The notes under the pieces: generated by a model
The model's input: the letters and a program-made list of their open reading frames with translations, nothing else
The model's database searches: none
What the model was told of the DNA's origin: nothing
IMG/VR virus record: IMGVR_UViG_3300036987_000538
Span: 2,877 to 66,876 of that record
Reading direction: 5' to 3' (one strand)
DNA length: 64,000 nucleotides
Origin: a virus
Position numbers and translations under genes: made by a program
Shown here: positions 52,443 through 61,406 of the stretch, piece by piece
Layout: each line of letters starts with the position of its first letter
How positions within the stretch are numbered: the stretch's first letter is position 1

Positions 52443-55400
52443 TTAGTTCAGCCGCCACCCCACCCACGTCTGAATGAACTCCAAGCACCCCACATCGTCG
52501 AGCCCGCGCGCGTACTCACGTAACGCTGGCGACTGATTGCACGTCGCCTCGATTAGCCCCCTCACGAGAACCATCGCGTGCCGTCTTATTTGCTGCACCA
52601 TCAACCGCTCTATCTTACTGATCGTCAATCCTGAGCGGCGCCTTATGTCCTCGTCACTGAGCCCACGCCTGATGACTGCCAGCATTCGCTTGCACCTGTT
52701 CTTACGAACCACGTGCAATTCGACGACTTCAAGTGACTGATTTTGCGCATATCCCAATGTGAAACCGGCTAAACCATCCTTATCGGTTCTGAGATATTCG
52801 ACCTCCCTCTTACTTATTAGAGCTAAGGATGGTTTAGCCGTCGAGTGATGCGAGATAAGAGTTGCATCATCAAGAGGGTCAATTTCGAGCCAAGCGCGAA
52901 GCAGAGCGCGGACATAATCCATGCCCACGCGTTGCATGTGGTCCCACCCTGTGGATGCCTCTTTGTAGAGCCCGGCGAACGCGTCGAGTGTTGTCCCCGC
53001 GTCCTCAAATAGCCCGAGCGCGATAAGCGCCACGTCGCCTTCCTCTGGCCGCACGTCAGCGAGCGTGCAGAGCCGCGTCACGGGCAAGCCCACCGGCCAC
53101 TGCCCGAACACCGTCACGTCGCACGGATTGGCGCTGGTGCGGTCGTACGGCCGGATGCGCGCCACGGCCTGCGCCACTTCCGCGTGGCTGATGAGTGCCT
53201 GCAGCGCGCGGGCGTTGGCGTCGGGATGCCCGTCGCACTGGACGTTGATGGTGGTCCCATCGACCATGTGTACTGGCAACGTCTGCTTGCCCCAGCCCTC
53301 GGCATGGGCAATAGGCGCGACGCTGTCGTTTTGTATGAACAATGCTTCTGTGTAGAGTTCGAGCTGGTGGTTATCCAGCGCCGGCCGTCCCACGATGGTT
53401 GCAGATGGCACGTCTTTAAAGTTGTTGAGGCCACGTAAAGCCCCAAAGTGCGCGGTGAGCACGTTGCCCGGTAACCCCATGTTACTGAGCGCTTCGAGAA
53501 CGTCTTTCTGAGCGACCAAGAGCGTCTGCTTGTGCGTGAACGCCTGCTTGAGCACGTGCAGCCAGATGGCGAACACCCTCGAGTCGGCGCGCTTCTTCCG
53601 GTTGACGCGCTTGTGCGTCAGCGCCGTCGCCACTTGCTTGGCCGAGTCTTGGATGCGCGCCGCCTCGTTGGGGTCGTCGAACGCAGCAGCGATCCAGCTG
53701 GCGCGCGACACTGCCGATGCGCGCTCGATCGCCTCGTCGAGATCTTTGTCCGGCTTGGGCAGCAACGCGCTCTTGGCGTACCCGGCGTCGATGACTTGCG
53801 TGATCACCACGTTGCCGGGCGTGGGCGCCACGTCGATCGTCTCGTAATCAAAGGGCGTCCCATCCGGCGAGATCACCGCCCGCCAGATGGCCAGCCCCGG
53901 GTCGAGCTTGGCCGTACCGTCAAGGTGGACCGCGCCGCGTGCCAGGACGTTATCCGGCAGAAACAGCCGTCGCTTGGCGGTCACCCATTTGATGCCTCGG
54001 GCGTGATGCACCCGGATCGCCTTGTAGTGGCTGAGCCGGTGCGAGTCCCGCATGTTGCTGAGCAGCCCGGTCACAAAATTGCTGGTCTTCACGTGAGCGA
54101 GGTCGCGCAGGAATTTGGCCTGCGTGGCGTTGACGAGGTTCTTGCTGAGCGTTTCCCGGTGCGTCTCCTCCAGCGCCAGCATCGCGTCGATGCGTTCGGC
54201 CGTGAGCGTGCTCGGGACCAGTGCCCGCTCGCTCTGGCCGCGCGGCATCGCGGCGTTGAACATCGAGATCAGCTCGGCGCGCGAGTCGCGCAGCTTGATG
54301 AACCCGCCCTGGTAGTTGAGATCTTTGAGTTCGATGTTCTCTTGCGGGTTGCCGGCGAGCGCGCTGCCGACGACGCTCTCGTCGATCAGCGTGATGCTCG
54401 CCCACGAACTGAGGTGGTGATGCTCGTTGAACAGCGCAGCGTGCGGCAGCAGGACTTCGCCGGCACCCGTGTCGTTGTCTTGGGCGAGCCACTTGCAGTC
54501 GCCTCGGTCGGGGCACAGCGCGCAGGCTGATTTCTTCGCTGAGATCCCCAGCTGCTCGGCGCGCTCGGCGATGGCGCCGTACTTGGTGTTGGTGCAAAGC
54601 AGCTTGCGCCCCTTGTGGTGCCGCACCGCCTCGGGGAGATTCACGCCGTAGTGCATTCCGGCCGGCGCCAGGCCAAATGCGTGGTCGCGATGATCCTCGG
54701 CGAGCTGCTCGGCGAGCGCATGCGTCGGGGCCGCGGTCAGCACGCTGTCCGAGCTGAGCACGCCGGCCGTGAGCACGCTGCGGAGCGCGTAGCTCTTGCC
54801 GGCACCCGGCGGGCTGGTCGCAAGTATCTGCTTCGGCTTGCCTTTTAGGATCTCCTCGGCGGCGAGCTTCACACGGTCGGCCAGCTCCTGTCGGGGCGGC
54901 TTGGCGCTCTGTGTTGGAGGTACACACGCAGAGGTTGAGTAAGCATTTGTTACTGCCCGAGCCCGAGCGCGGGCCTTGTCCCATGCCTGCTGCAGCCTGA
55001 ACACGCTCAGGTGCTCGCGTTCGCGGCGAGGGTACTCGTTGGGGTCCATCTCAAGCAGCGTGCGGCGGGCGAGCGCGACGAACGCGCCAAAGTGCTGGGC
55101 TTGCTGGTTGTCGGGGGCCGCGAACGCAGCTGAGCACAGCGCCCGGTGCAGCGGTAACGCCACGTTACCGGGGGCGATCTGCGCCATCCAATCGGTGCGC
55201 TGCCCCGGCACGGTGCCGGCGTACTGCTCGATATACGCGATGTCGCGAGCGTCCAGCCCGGCGACCGCCGCGGCGCGCGTCACGCCTATGTCGGCCTCGT
55301 CGCCGTCGAAGTGCCACGCGATCGGCGTGGGCACGGGACGACCGAGCGCAACTTGCTCGTCGCCGCAGTCAGCAAACAATATCGGCCCGGCGAGTGCCAC

Positions 55401-56051
55401 GAAGCTCTGTGGGCCATAGATCGAGTCGTCGAATAGCTTGCGGCCGGCGCGCTGGTTGGCATAGCGCACGAACGCGCGCTGCGACGCGAGCGTGTGCTCC
55501 TCGGTGGTGACGATAAAGATGCGGACGCGGATCTTGGGCTTGATGCCGGCGCTCGGCGAGAAGCACGCCACGTGGGCGCAGCCGTCCAGCTCGGGGATCT
55601 CGTAAAGCGCGTCGCGGACGGTGTCCGGCGCGTCGCCGATGTCGCCCTCGATTTCGTCGGCGTCGAGCACGAGCAGTTTGCGCGGATAGTCCTCGTAGTT
55701 TTCCTGCTGTCGCCCGAGCACGTCTTTCCAGCCGCTGTCGACTTGGAACTCCGCGCCGGCTCGCAAGCGGCCTTGGATCAAAGCCACGTCCGGCTTGGTT
55801 GCGGCTGTTTCAAGAAACATGCGCAACCCGGTGAGGCCGTTGATCGGTTCCTCGCGGTATCCGTGCAGATACACGCCTTTGCCGACCGCGCCGACTTCAT
55901 CCCATGTACCAGCAACGACATCCGGGGCCTGCGAGCCCCAATTGATGCCGACTGCCGGCCGAAGTCGGTAGGTCTTGGTCAGCGCCTTGTTATAGGCGCG
56001 GATGAGGGCAACGTGCATTAGGCATCCCTGGATTGCCCACCATGCTACCAC
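52443..56051 (-). CDS. replication protein: primase/polymerase-like N-terminal domain + P-loop NTPase/helicase + C-terminal HTH
   Basis: LLVLDADE (AEP-like DxD); Walker A SPPGAGKS; Walker B ITLIDESV; C-terminal LSDEDIRRRSGLTISKIERL sigma-r4-like HTH. Confidence 0.45.
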   Translation of the reverse strand: MVAWWAIQGCLMHVALIRAYNKALTKTYRLRPAVGINWGSQAPDVVAGTWDEVGAVGKGVYLHGYREEPINGLTGLRMFLETAATKPDVALIQGRLRAGAEFQVDSGWKDVLGRQQENYEDYPRKLLVLDADEIEGDIGDAPDTVRDALYEIPELDGCAHVACFSPSAGIKPKIRVRIFIVTTEEHTLASQRAFVRYANQRAGRKLFDDSIYGPQSFVALAGPILFADCGDEQVALGRPVPTPIAWHFDGDEADIGVTRAAAVAGLDARDIAYIEQYAGTVPGQRTDWMAQIAPGNVALPLHRALCSAAFAAPDNQQAQHFGAFVALARRTLLEMDPNEYPRREREHLSVFRLQQAWDKARARARAVTNAYSTSACVPPTQSAKPPRQELADRVKLAAEEILKGKPKQILATSPPGAGKSYALRSVLTAGVLSSDSVLTAAPTHALAEQLAEDHRDHAFGLAPAGMHYGVNLPEAVRHHKGRKLLCTNTKYGAIAERAEQLGISAKKSACALCPDRGDCKWLAQDNDTGAGEVLLPHAALFNEHHHLSSWASITLIDESVVGSALAGNPQENIELKDLNYQGGFIKLRDSRAELISMFNAAMPRGQSERALVPSTLTAERIDAMLALEETHRETLSKNLVNATQAKFLRDLAHVKTSNFVTGLLSNMRDSHRLSHYKAIRVHHARGIKWVTAKRRLFLPDNVLARGAVHLDGTAKLDPGLAIWRAVISPDGTPFDYETIDVAPTPGNVVITQVIDAGYAKSALLPKPDKDLDEAIERASAVSRASWIAAAFDDPNEAARIQDSAKQVATALTHKRVNRKKRADSRVFAIWLHVLKQAFTHKQTLLVAQKDVLEALSNMGLPGNVLTAHFGALRGLNNFKDVPSATIVGRPALDNHQLELYTEALFIQNDSVAPIAHAEGWGKQTLPVHMVDGTTINVQCDGHPDANARALQALISHAEVAQAVARIRPYDRTSANPCDVTVFGQWPVGLPVTRLCTLADVRPEEGDVALIALGLFEDAGTTLDAFAGLYKEASTGWDHMQRVGMDYVRALLRAWLEIDPLDDATLISHHSTAKPSLALISKREVEYLRTDKDGLAGFTLGYAQNQSLEVVELHVVRKNRCKRMLAVIRRGLSDEDIRRRSGLTISKIERLMVQQIRRHAMVLVRGLIEATCNQSPALREYARGLDDVGCLEFIQTWVGWRLN
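53471..53485. repeat. motif A-like degenerate GTAACCCCATGTTAC, intragenic
   Basis: inside the replication gene; encodes SNMGLP. Confidence 0.4.
55154..55168. repeat. motif A-like degenerate GTAACGCCACGTTAC, intragenic
   Basis: inside the replication gene; encodes GNVALP. Confidence 0.4.
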
Positions 56052-56055
56052 CCGA

Positions 56056-56090
56056 GAGTGTGACTCGTCAAAACTGTTTTACGCTTGACG
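56056..56090. promoter_or_regulatory. motif B site (GTGTGACTCGTCAAAA) + TTGACG box in the divergent region between the replication gene and the rightward operon
   Basis: seen directly in sequence. Confidence 0.5.
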
Positions 56091-56143
56091 CTATCTCAGA
56101 GACAAGCTAGTTTTGTGCCCATCGTAAAACATGGGGGACTCAC

Positions 56144-56236
56144 ATGAACGAGCGGACTTGGGGAATCATCGGCACGGCTGTCACCGCGCTGGTCGTAACC
56201 GGCGCGCTCTTTGTGGTGCTGTCTCACCACATCTGA
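56144..56236 (+). CDS. tiny hydrophobic peptide (30 aa)
   Basis: GGGGGA SD; GIIGTAVTALVVTGALFVVL. Confidence 0.3.
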   Translation: MNERTWGIIGTAVTALVVTGALFVVLSHHI

Positions 56237-56244
56237 GGGCCACG

Positions 56245-56709
56245 ATGGCACGCCGTCGCACAACCAAGAAAGCGCCGAAGCTCAAGTCTGACAAGCTGAG
56301 CGAGATTGACCTGCGCACGCTGGCCTACGCTGCCGGCACGTACATCAATCAGGCTGCGGAAATTGTCGAGCTGTTGAACGAACGCTGGTGGCGCAACCCG
56401 AAAACGGGCCGCTTCATGCGCCGCAACTTCGGGGAGCTGATCGCGCTCGGGCACAGCGAGTTGTCGGAAGCGCTCGAAGCTGACCGCAAGGATTTGATGG
56501 ACGACAAGCTGCCGCATCGGCGCGGCGTCGAAGTCGAGCTTGCGGACGAAATCATCCGTGTCCTCGACACGGCGCGCAACTACCACCGCACGAAGCGCAA
56601 GCACAAGCTCAACATCGGCGAAGCGACGATGGAGAAGCTGATTTTCAACCACACGCGGCCGGACCACAAGCCGAAGGCACGACTCGCCAAGGGCGGCAAG
56701 GCTTACTAG
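56245..56709 (+). CDS. hypothetical basic protein
   Basis: SD GAGGG. Confidence 0.35.
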   Translation: MARRRTTKKAPKLKSDKLSEIDLRTLAYAAGTYINQAAEIVELLNERWWRNPKTGRFMRRNFGELIALGHSELSEALEADRKDLMDDKLPHRRGVEVELADEIIRVLDTARNYHRTKRKHKLNIGEATMEKLIFNHTRPDHKPKARLAKGGKAY

Positions 56710-56756
56710 CCGGCGGTTATACGTCGAAACCGAAACTCTTGTATAACGGAGCACTG

Positions 56757-57287
56757 ATGTTTTCTGCGCCCGCGCTACCCATCGACCCTGCTATTCGCGA
56801 CAACATGCGTCGCTGGCTCGCGCACCATAAGCGCTTCCAGTACGTCGAGCTGCCGCCGATCCTGCACACCACGAAGGTTGGTCAGAAAACCCGGGCCGTC
56901 TATGTCCCGCATCTGCGCCGGCACAAGCTGGATCACTGCAAACGCTACACCGGCAAGCTGCTGCGCGCGATTGAGGCTGAGCGCGGTTGCAGCAAGCGGC
57001 GGCGACCGCCGCCACAGCATCAACTGAAAATTGCGCTGCCATGGAAGCAGAGCGACGCGCGCGTTGTCGCGTTCAACATCGAGCGCGACGAAGCCGGCAA
57101 GCCGTTCTTTAGCGACGTGCGGCTGCTGCGCAATGCAGCGTCACGCACGAAGCGCGACAAGCGACTCGAAAATTCACTCACCGATGAGCAGTGGCTGTCG
57201 ATCTACAAGCGAGTTGCGCGTGCCATGTTCCCCGCGACGGACGGAGCGAAGAACACGTGGAAGGATTTTGCCTTTAAGAGCGCTTGA
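56757..57287 (+). CDS. hypothetical protein
   Basis: AACGGAGCACTGATG leader. Confidence 0.35.
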   Translation: MFSAPALPIDPAIRDNMRRWLAHHKRFQYVELPPILHTTKVGQKTRAVYVPHLRRHKLDHCKRYTGKLLRAIEAERGCSKRRRPPPQHQLKIALPWKQSDARVVAFNIERDEAGKPFFSDVRLLRNAASRTKRDKRLENSLTDEQWLSIYKRVARAMFPATDGAKNTWKDFAFKSA

Positions 57288-57292
57288 TTACT

Positions 57293-57309
57293 TTTGCGAT
57301 TCGCACTAA
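57293..57309. promoter_or_regulatory. motif B site TTTGCGATTCGCACTAA
   Basis: intergenic, upstream of 57390. Confidence 0.5.
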
Positions 57310-57389
57310 CAATAGCGTACGAAGCGAAACGAGCGATGCGAGCCATGCGAGCGAATGAGTGAGAGCGATACGAGCGAGCGAGAGAGCCG

Positions 57390-57599
57390 ATGCGAGTGAT
57401 TGCGAAGCTGACCGAGCGAACCGACGAGATCCTGACGCGCAACTTTTCTGACCGAGCCCTGACCGCGACAACCGTCTTCCTCTGCACGTACTTGGCGCTG
57501 GCGTCGGCGGCGTATTTCGCCAGCAGCGCACATACCAAAAACAATCAGTCACCGAGTGCCGCGTGCGCGCAGCTGCAGCTGCGCGGCTCGCTCCAGTAA
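57390..57599 (+). CDS. small membrane protein
   Basis: one TM helix; stop inside the palindrome at 57596-57609. Confidence 0.3.
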   Translation: MRVIAKLTERTDEILTRNFSDRALTATTVFLCTYLALASAAYFASSAHTKNNQSPSAACAQLQLRGSLQ

Positions 57600-57609
57600 C
57601 AAGCGTTAC
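57596..57609. repeat. motif A variant GTAACAAGCGTTAC
   Basis: overlaps the stop of 57390-57599. Confidence 0.7.
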
Positions 57610-57654
57610 CAGCGGCGAGGCCGCACAACATCAACGCCCATGGAGGCAAGCACG

Positions 57655-58737
57655 ATGAATTTTTACTTGAAGTTCGTAGCGACCGCGGCATTCGCCGCGA
57701 TCACGTACGGCGCGGCGGTCCCCGCGATGGTGTCCGCTCGTGACACGATGCTCAACATCGGCGCAGTCGCGCTGGCTGTTCTCGCTGCCCCGATTATCGT
57801 GCTCATGATCGCTTGGATGTGGCGCGACAAGGGCGTGCAGAAGCTGCTCGCCGCCGCCGGCAAGGCGCTGCCAATCATGGCGCTGCTCGCAATCACGCCG
57901 ACGCTCGGCGGTTGCGTGTGGGAGTACCACGCTGTCCCCGCCGGCCACGTGCTCGTTGTCGTCAACAAGTACGGCAGCGGCAAGGGCGTCGATGAAACCG
58001 AAGTGCGCGGCCCTGGTCGCTACTGGCTTGGCTACAATCAGGAAGGCCACCTGTTCAAGACGTCGACGCAGACGGTCACTTGGACGAAGGAATGCGAGGA
58101 AGGCGACTGCACGGACGAGAGCATCAACTTCCAGGCTGACAAGGGTGTGACGGTCAATGCCGACGTGGGCATGTCGTTCAGCATCATCCCGAACAAGGCT
58201 GGCACCGTTTTCGAGAAGTGGCGCGGCAGCATCACGGAGATCACTGACGTCTATCTGCGCCGCATGACGCAGGACGCGTTCGTGCATCACGCCGCCGGCA
58301 TGGCCGTCGAGGCCATCATGGGTCAGGCGAAAAACGACCTGATGTCCGCGGTCGAGAAAGACCTTCGCGAACGCGTTGGCCCGCTCGGCATCAACGTCGA
58401 GGATGTCTATCTCGTCAGCCCCGCCCGCCCGCCGCAGGAAGTGACCGACGCCCTCAACGCCAGCATCAAGGCGACGCAGGTCGCCGTGCAGCGCGAGAAC
58501 GAGGTCAAGGAGTCCGAAGCCAAGGCCAAGAAAGTCGAGGCCGAGGCGCAGGGCGAGGCGAACGCGATCCTTAAGCGTGCTCAGGCTCAGGCTCAGGCGA
58601 ACGAGCTGCTCGCTAAGTCGCTGTCGGCCGAACTCGTCAATTACACGGCGCTCGAAAAGTGGGCCGGCGGCTGCACCAGCATGTGCTCCGGCGACACCAG
58701 CGGATTCGTGCCTTTCGTGAACGCGCCGCGCAAGTAA
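57655..58737 (+). CDS. SPFH/Band-7 (HflK/C-, flotillin-like) membrane protein
   Basis: GGAGG SD; N-terminal TM helices; SPFH core VVVNKYGSGKGVD...; C-terminal coiled coil EAKAKKVEAEAQGEANAILKRAQAQAQ. Confidence 0.55.
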   Translation: MNFYLKFVATAAFAAITYGAAVPAMVSARDTMLNIGAVALAVLAAPIIVLMIAWMWRDKGVQKLLAAAGKALPIMALLAITPTLGGCVWEYHAVPAGHVLVVVNKYGSGKGVDETEVRGPGRYWLGYNQEGHLFKTSTQTVTWTKECEEGDCTDESINFQADKGVTVNADVGMSFSIIPNKAGTVFEKWRGSITEITDVYLRRMTQDAFVHHAAGMAVEAIMGQAKNDLMSAVEKDLRERVGPLGINVEDVYLVSPARPPQEVTDALNASIKATQVAVQRENEVKESEAKAKKVEAEAQGEANAILKRAQAQAQANELLAKSLSAELVNYTALEKWAGGCTSMCSGDTSGFVPFVNAPRK

Positions 58738-58934
58738 TCCCGAGATACGCGCAGCGTGGTGCTGCGCGTGTAGCTGGGGAGAGTCCTATGACGTTCGACC
58801 TCACGTGTACTCGCTGGTGGATGCGTACTCACCTTCCTCCGGGTCACGAGCGACGACTGTGCTGACAACTCCGGCAACCCGGTGCAGCGGGCTCTAAACC
58901 CGCTGCACCACTCCACCCAATAGAGAGCAAAGCC

Positions 58935-59171
58935 ATGAACAACTGCAAGGACTGCACGAAGTGGATACCGGACTCCAACGGCGAAATGGGCACATGCACG
59001 GCGCACGTGCTCACGACGCGGTGCAGCGGCCCTCGCCCAATAGCGACGCACGCAATGGACGGCTGCGTAACGCGCTTCAGCAGCTCGATCGCTCGCGACG
59101 CGCAGAATATCGACGCCGCCTTGAACTCGCTCGAAGCATTCTGCTCGTCGTTGAGCGCCGCCTCGGCGTGA
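58935..59171 (+). CDS. small Cys-rich protein
   Basis: CKDC...CTAH...C. Confidence 0.3.
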   Translation: MNNCKDCTKWIPDSNGEMGTCTAHVLTTRCSGPRPIATHAMDGCVTRFSSSIARDAQNIDAALNSLEAFCSSLSAASA

Positions 59172-59184
59172 AGGCACACGAGCA

Positions 59185-59198
59185 GTAACACCTGTTAC
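59185..59198. repeat. motif A GTAACACCTGTTAC
   Basis: 10 nt upstream of the GGAGGGG-ATG at 59209. Confidence 0.9.
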
Positions 59199-59208
59199 CG
59201 GAGGGGCC

Positions 59209-59568
59209 ATGAGCCGCATGAGCACACTGAGCGAGCACACGTTCGAGATCGAGAACCTTCACGAGCGCATGCAGCAGGCTGAGGAGCTTCTGGAGCAGCT
59301 GCAGATCAGCGAGAGCGACGCCGACCGTCTCGGCCGCGAAGTCGACGACCTGCACGCTCAGATCCGCGCGACACAGACCGCAGTGCTGCGGCTCACACTC
59401 GAAACGGCCCGCGCATGCGACCGCATCCTCGGCATCGTCGAGCAATGCAGCGACGAGATCGGCAAGCTGCAGGCCCGCAAGCCCGAGCAGCTGCGCATAA
59501 CGGGAGAGCCTGTCGAAATCGACGGGCGCCTGCACTTGAGGCAGCACCTATTGGAGTCGGCACGATGA
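59209..59568 (+). CDS. coiled-coil protein
   Basis: GGAGGGG SD after the palindrome. Confidence 0.35.
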   Translation: MSRMSTLSEHTFEIENLHERMQQAEELLEQLQISESDADRLGREVDDLHAQIRATQTAVLRLTLETARACDRILGIVEQCSDEIGKLQARKPEQLRITGEPVEIDGRLHLRQHLLESAR

Positions 59569-59726
59569 ACGTCTGGCTAGTCCGCTGGGGCGGCAGGATT
59601 ACACGCGATAACGGCACGGCGTACGTGCTCGCCTGTGACGAAGTGACGGCCGAAGAAAAATTCATGCAGCGGCACCCGCATCGCCGCGTCGACCGCATCG
59701 AGCTGCTCGGGAGCGTGATCCAGTGA
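59565..59726 (+). CDS. small protein (53 aa)
   Basis: ATGA coupling. Confidence 0.25.
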   Translation: MNVWLVRWGGRITRDNGTAYVLACDEVTAEEKFMQRHPHRRVDRIELLGSVIQ

Positions 59727-61405
59727 CCCAAATCGTACTTCGCCCGCACCAGCAGGAAGCGCACGATGCCGTGCTTGAGCACTGGAAGAACGGCGGCGGT
59801 AACCCGCTGATCGACCACTGCGTTGGCTCTGGCAAGTCGCTCACGCAAGCGGCCATCGCCGCGACCGTCGTGCAGCGTTGGGGCGCCAGCGTGCTCGGGC
59901 TCACGATGACAAAAGAGCTGATCGGCCAGAACTACGACGCCATGCGGGCGTACTGGCCAGACGCACCGGCCGGCATCAACTGCGCCGGCCTCAAGCGCCG
60001 CGACGCCAAGCAGTCGATCGTCTTCGCGCACCCGGCGTCGATCGTGCGTAACGTGAAGTTACTCGGCAAGCGCCACGTCGTCATGATTGACGAAGTCCAG
60101 AACGTCTCGCGCAAAGAGGAAGCAAGCACGTACGGCAAGATCATCACGCAACTGCGCGACGCCGTGCCTGACCTGCGTCTCGTCGGACTGAGCGGCACGT
60201 GCTACCGGCTCGACTCCGGCCTGCTGTGGGAGCCGTGGAAGGGTGCTCAGTCCATATGGGACGAGCCGGTTCACACGTACAACATGCTCGACGGTATCCG
60301 TGACGGCTACCTCGTGCCGATCATCCCGCGCGTCGGTGGTGTCAATCTGTCGTCAGCTGGCGTCGGTACCCGCGGCGGCGAGTACATCGACTCGCAAGTC
60401 CAGAAGGCGGTCGACAAGGACGAGCTGAACAAGGCGATCGTCGCCGACATTATCGCCAAGACGTACGACCGAAACTCGGTCCTCGTGTTCGCGGCCGGCA
60501 TCGAGCACGCCGAGCACTTGCATGCGGAGTTTGTGCAGAGCAGCGCCTCTGCCGTGGTCATTCACGGCGAGCTGAGCGACGCCGAGCGCGACGCACGCAT
60601 CGACTATTTCATGCGTGGCGCAGCGAAATACGCCATCAACGTCGGTATTCTCACCACGGGATTTAATCACCCACCCTGTGACGCTGCAGCGCTGGTCATG
60701 ATGACCAAGAGCAAGGGCAAGCTGGTGCAGATCCTCGGGCGCGTCATGCGCGCTCACCCGGGCAAGGCCAACGCGCTCGCGCTCGATTACGGCGGCAGCA
60801 TTCGCGAGCTGGGCTGCATCGACCAGCTTGTCGGCAGCAAGGTTGCTGGTGAGCCTGGAAAGGCGCCAACCAAGACTTGCCCTGTGTGCGAGACGATCGT
60901 GCCGGCCAGCGCGCTCAAATGCACCAACTGCGATCACGAGTGGGAGAAGCCGGACCCCAAGCTGTCGGCTGAGGCGTTCGACGCTCCAATTCTGAGCACG
61001 CAGCAGGGTGCCGAATGGCACGAAGTCCAGCGCGTGCATTACTCGCTCTACAGCAAGCTCGACCCCGCAACGATGCAGCCGATGCCGAAGTCGCTGCGTG
61101 TGTCCTACTACTGCGGCGGCACCATAAATGCGAACGAGTTTCTCGCGTTCGCGCATCCCAAGCCGGGCGCGCGCAGGCTCGCACAAATGAAGTGGGCTCG
61201 CTACTCGACCGGCTTAGTGGTCCCATCCACCGCAGAGGAAGCGCTCGGCATGGTGGCAGAGCTTCGCAAGCCGGCGCGTATTCAGCTCAGAAAGAACGGC
61301 AAATATTGGGAAGTGATCGCGCACGACTACAGCGTCGAGCAGCGCGACGCCCCAACCAGCAACACGATGACCGCGGCAGAAATCGCCGCAGCGATGGGGG
61401 CGTGA
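59723..61405 (+). CDS. SF2 DNA helicase (ResIII/DEAD-like) with C-terminal zinc ribbon
   Basis: motif I GSGKS; motif II MIDEVQN; CPVCE...CTNC. Confidence 0.6.
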   Translation: MTQIVLRPHQQEAHDAVLEHWKNGGGNPLIDHCVGSGKSLTQAAIAATVVQRWGASVLGLTMTKELIGQNYDAMRAYWPDAPAGINCAGLKRRDAKQSIVFAHPASIVRNVKLLGKRHVVMIDEVQNVSRKEEASTYGKIITQLRDAVPDLRLVGLSGTCYRLDSGLLWEPWKGAQSIWDEPVHTYNMLDGIRDGYLVPIIPRVGGVNLSSAGVGTRGGEYIDSQVQKAVDKDELNKAIVADIIAKTYDRNSVLVFAAGIEHAEHLHAEFVQSSASAVVIHGELSDAERDARIDYFMRGAAKYAINVGILTTGFNHPPCDAAALVMMTKSKGKLVQILGRVMRAHPGKANALALDYGGSIRELGCIDQLVGSKVAGEPGKAPTKTCPVCETIVPASALKCTNCDHEWEKPDPKLSAEAFDAPILSTQQGAEWHEVQRVHYSLYSKLDPATMQPMPKSLRVSYYCGGTINANEFLAFAHPKPGARRLAQMKWARYSTGLVVPSTAEEALGMVAELRKPARIQLRKNGKYWEVIAHDYSVEQRDAPTSNTMTAAEIAAAMGA

Positions 61406-61406
61406 C

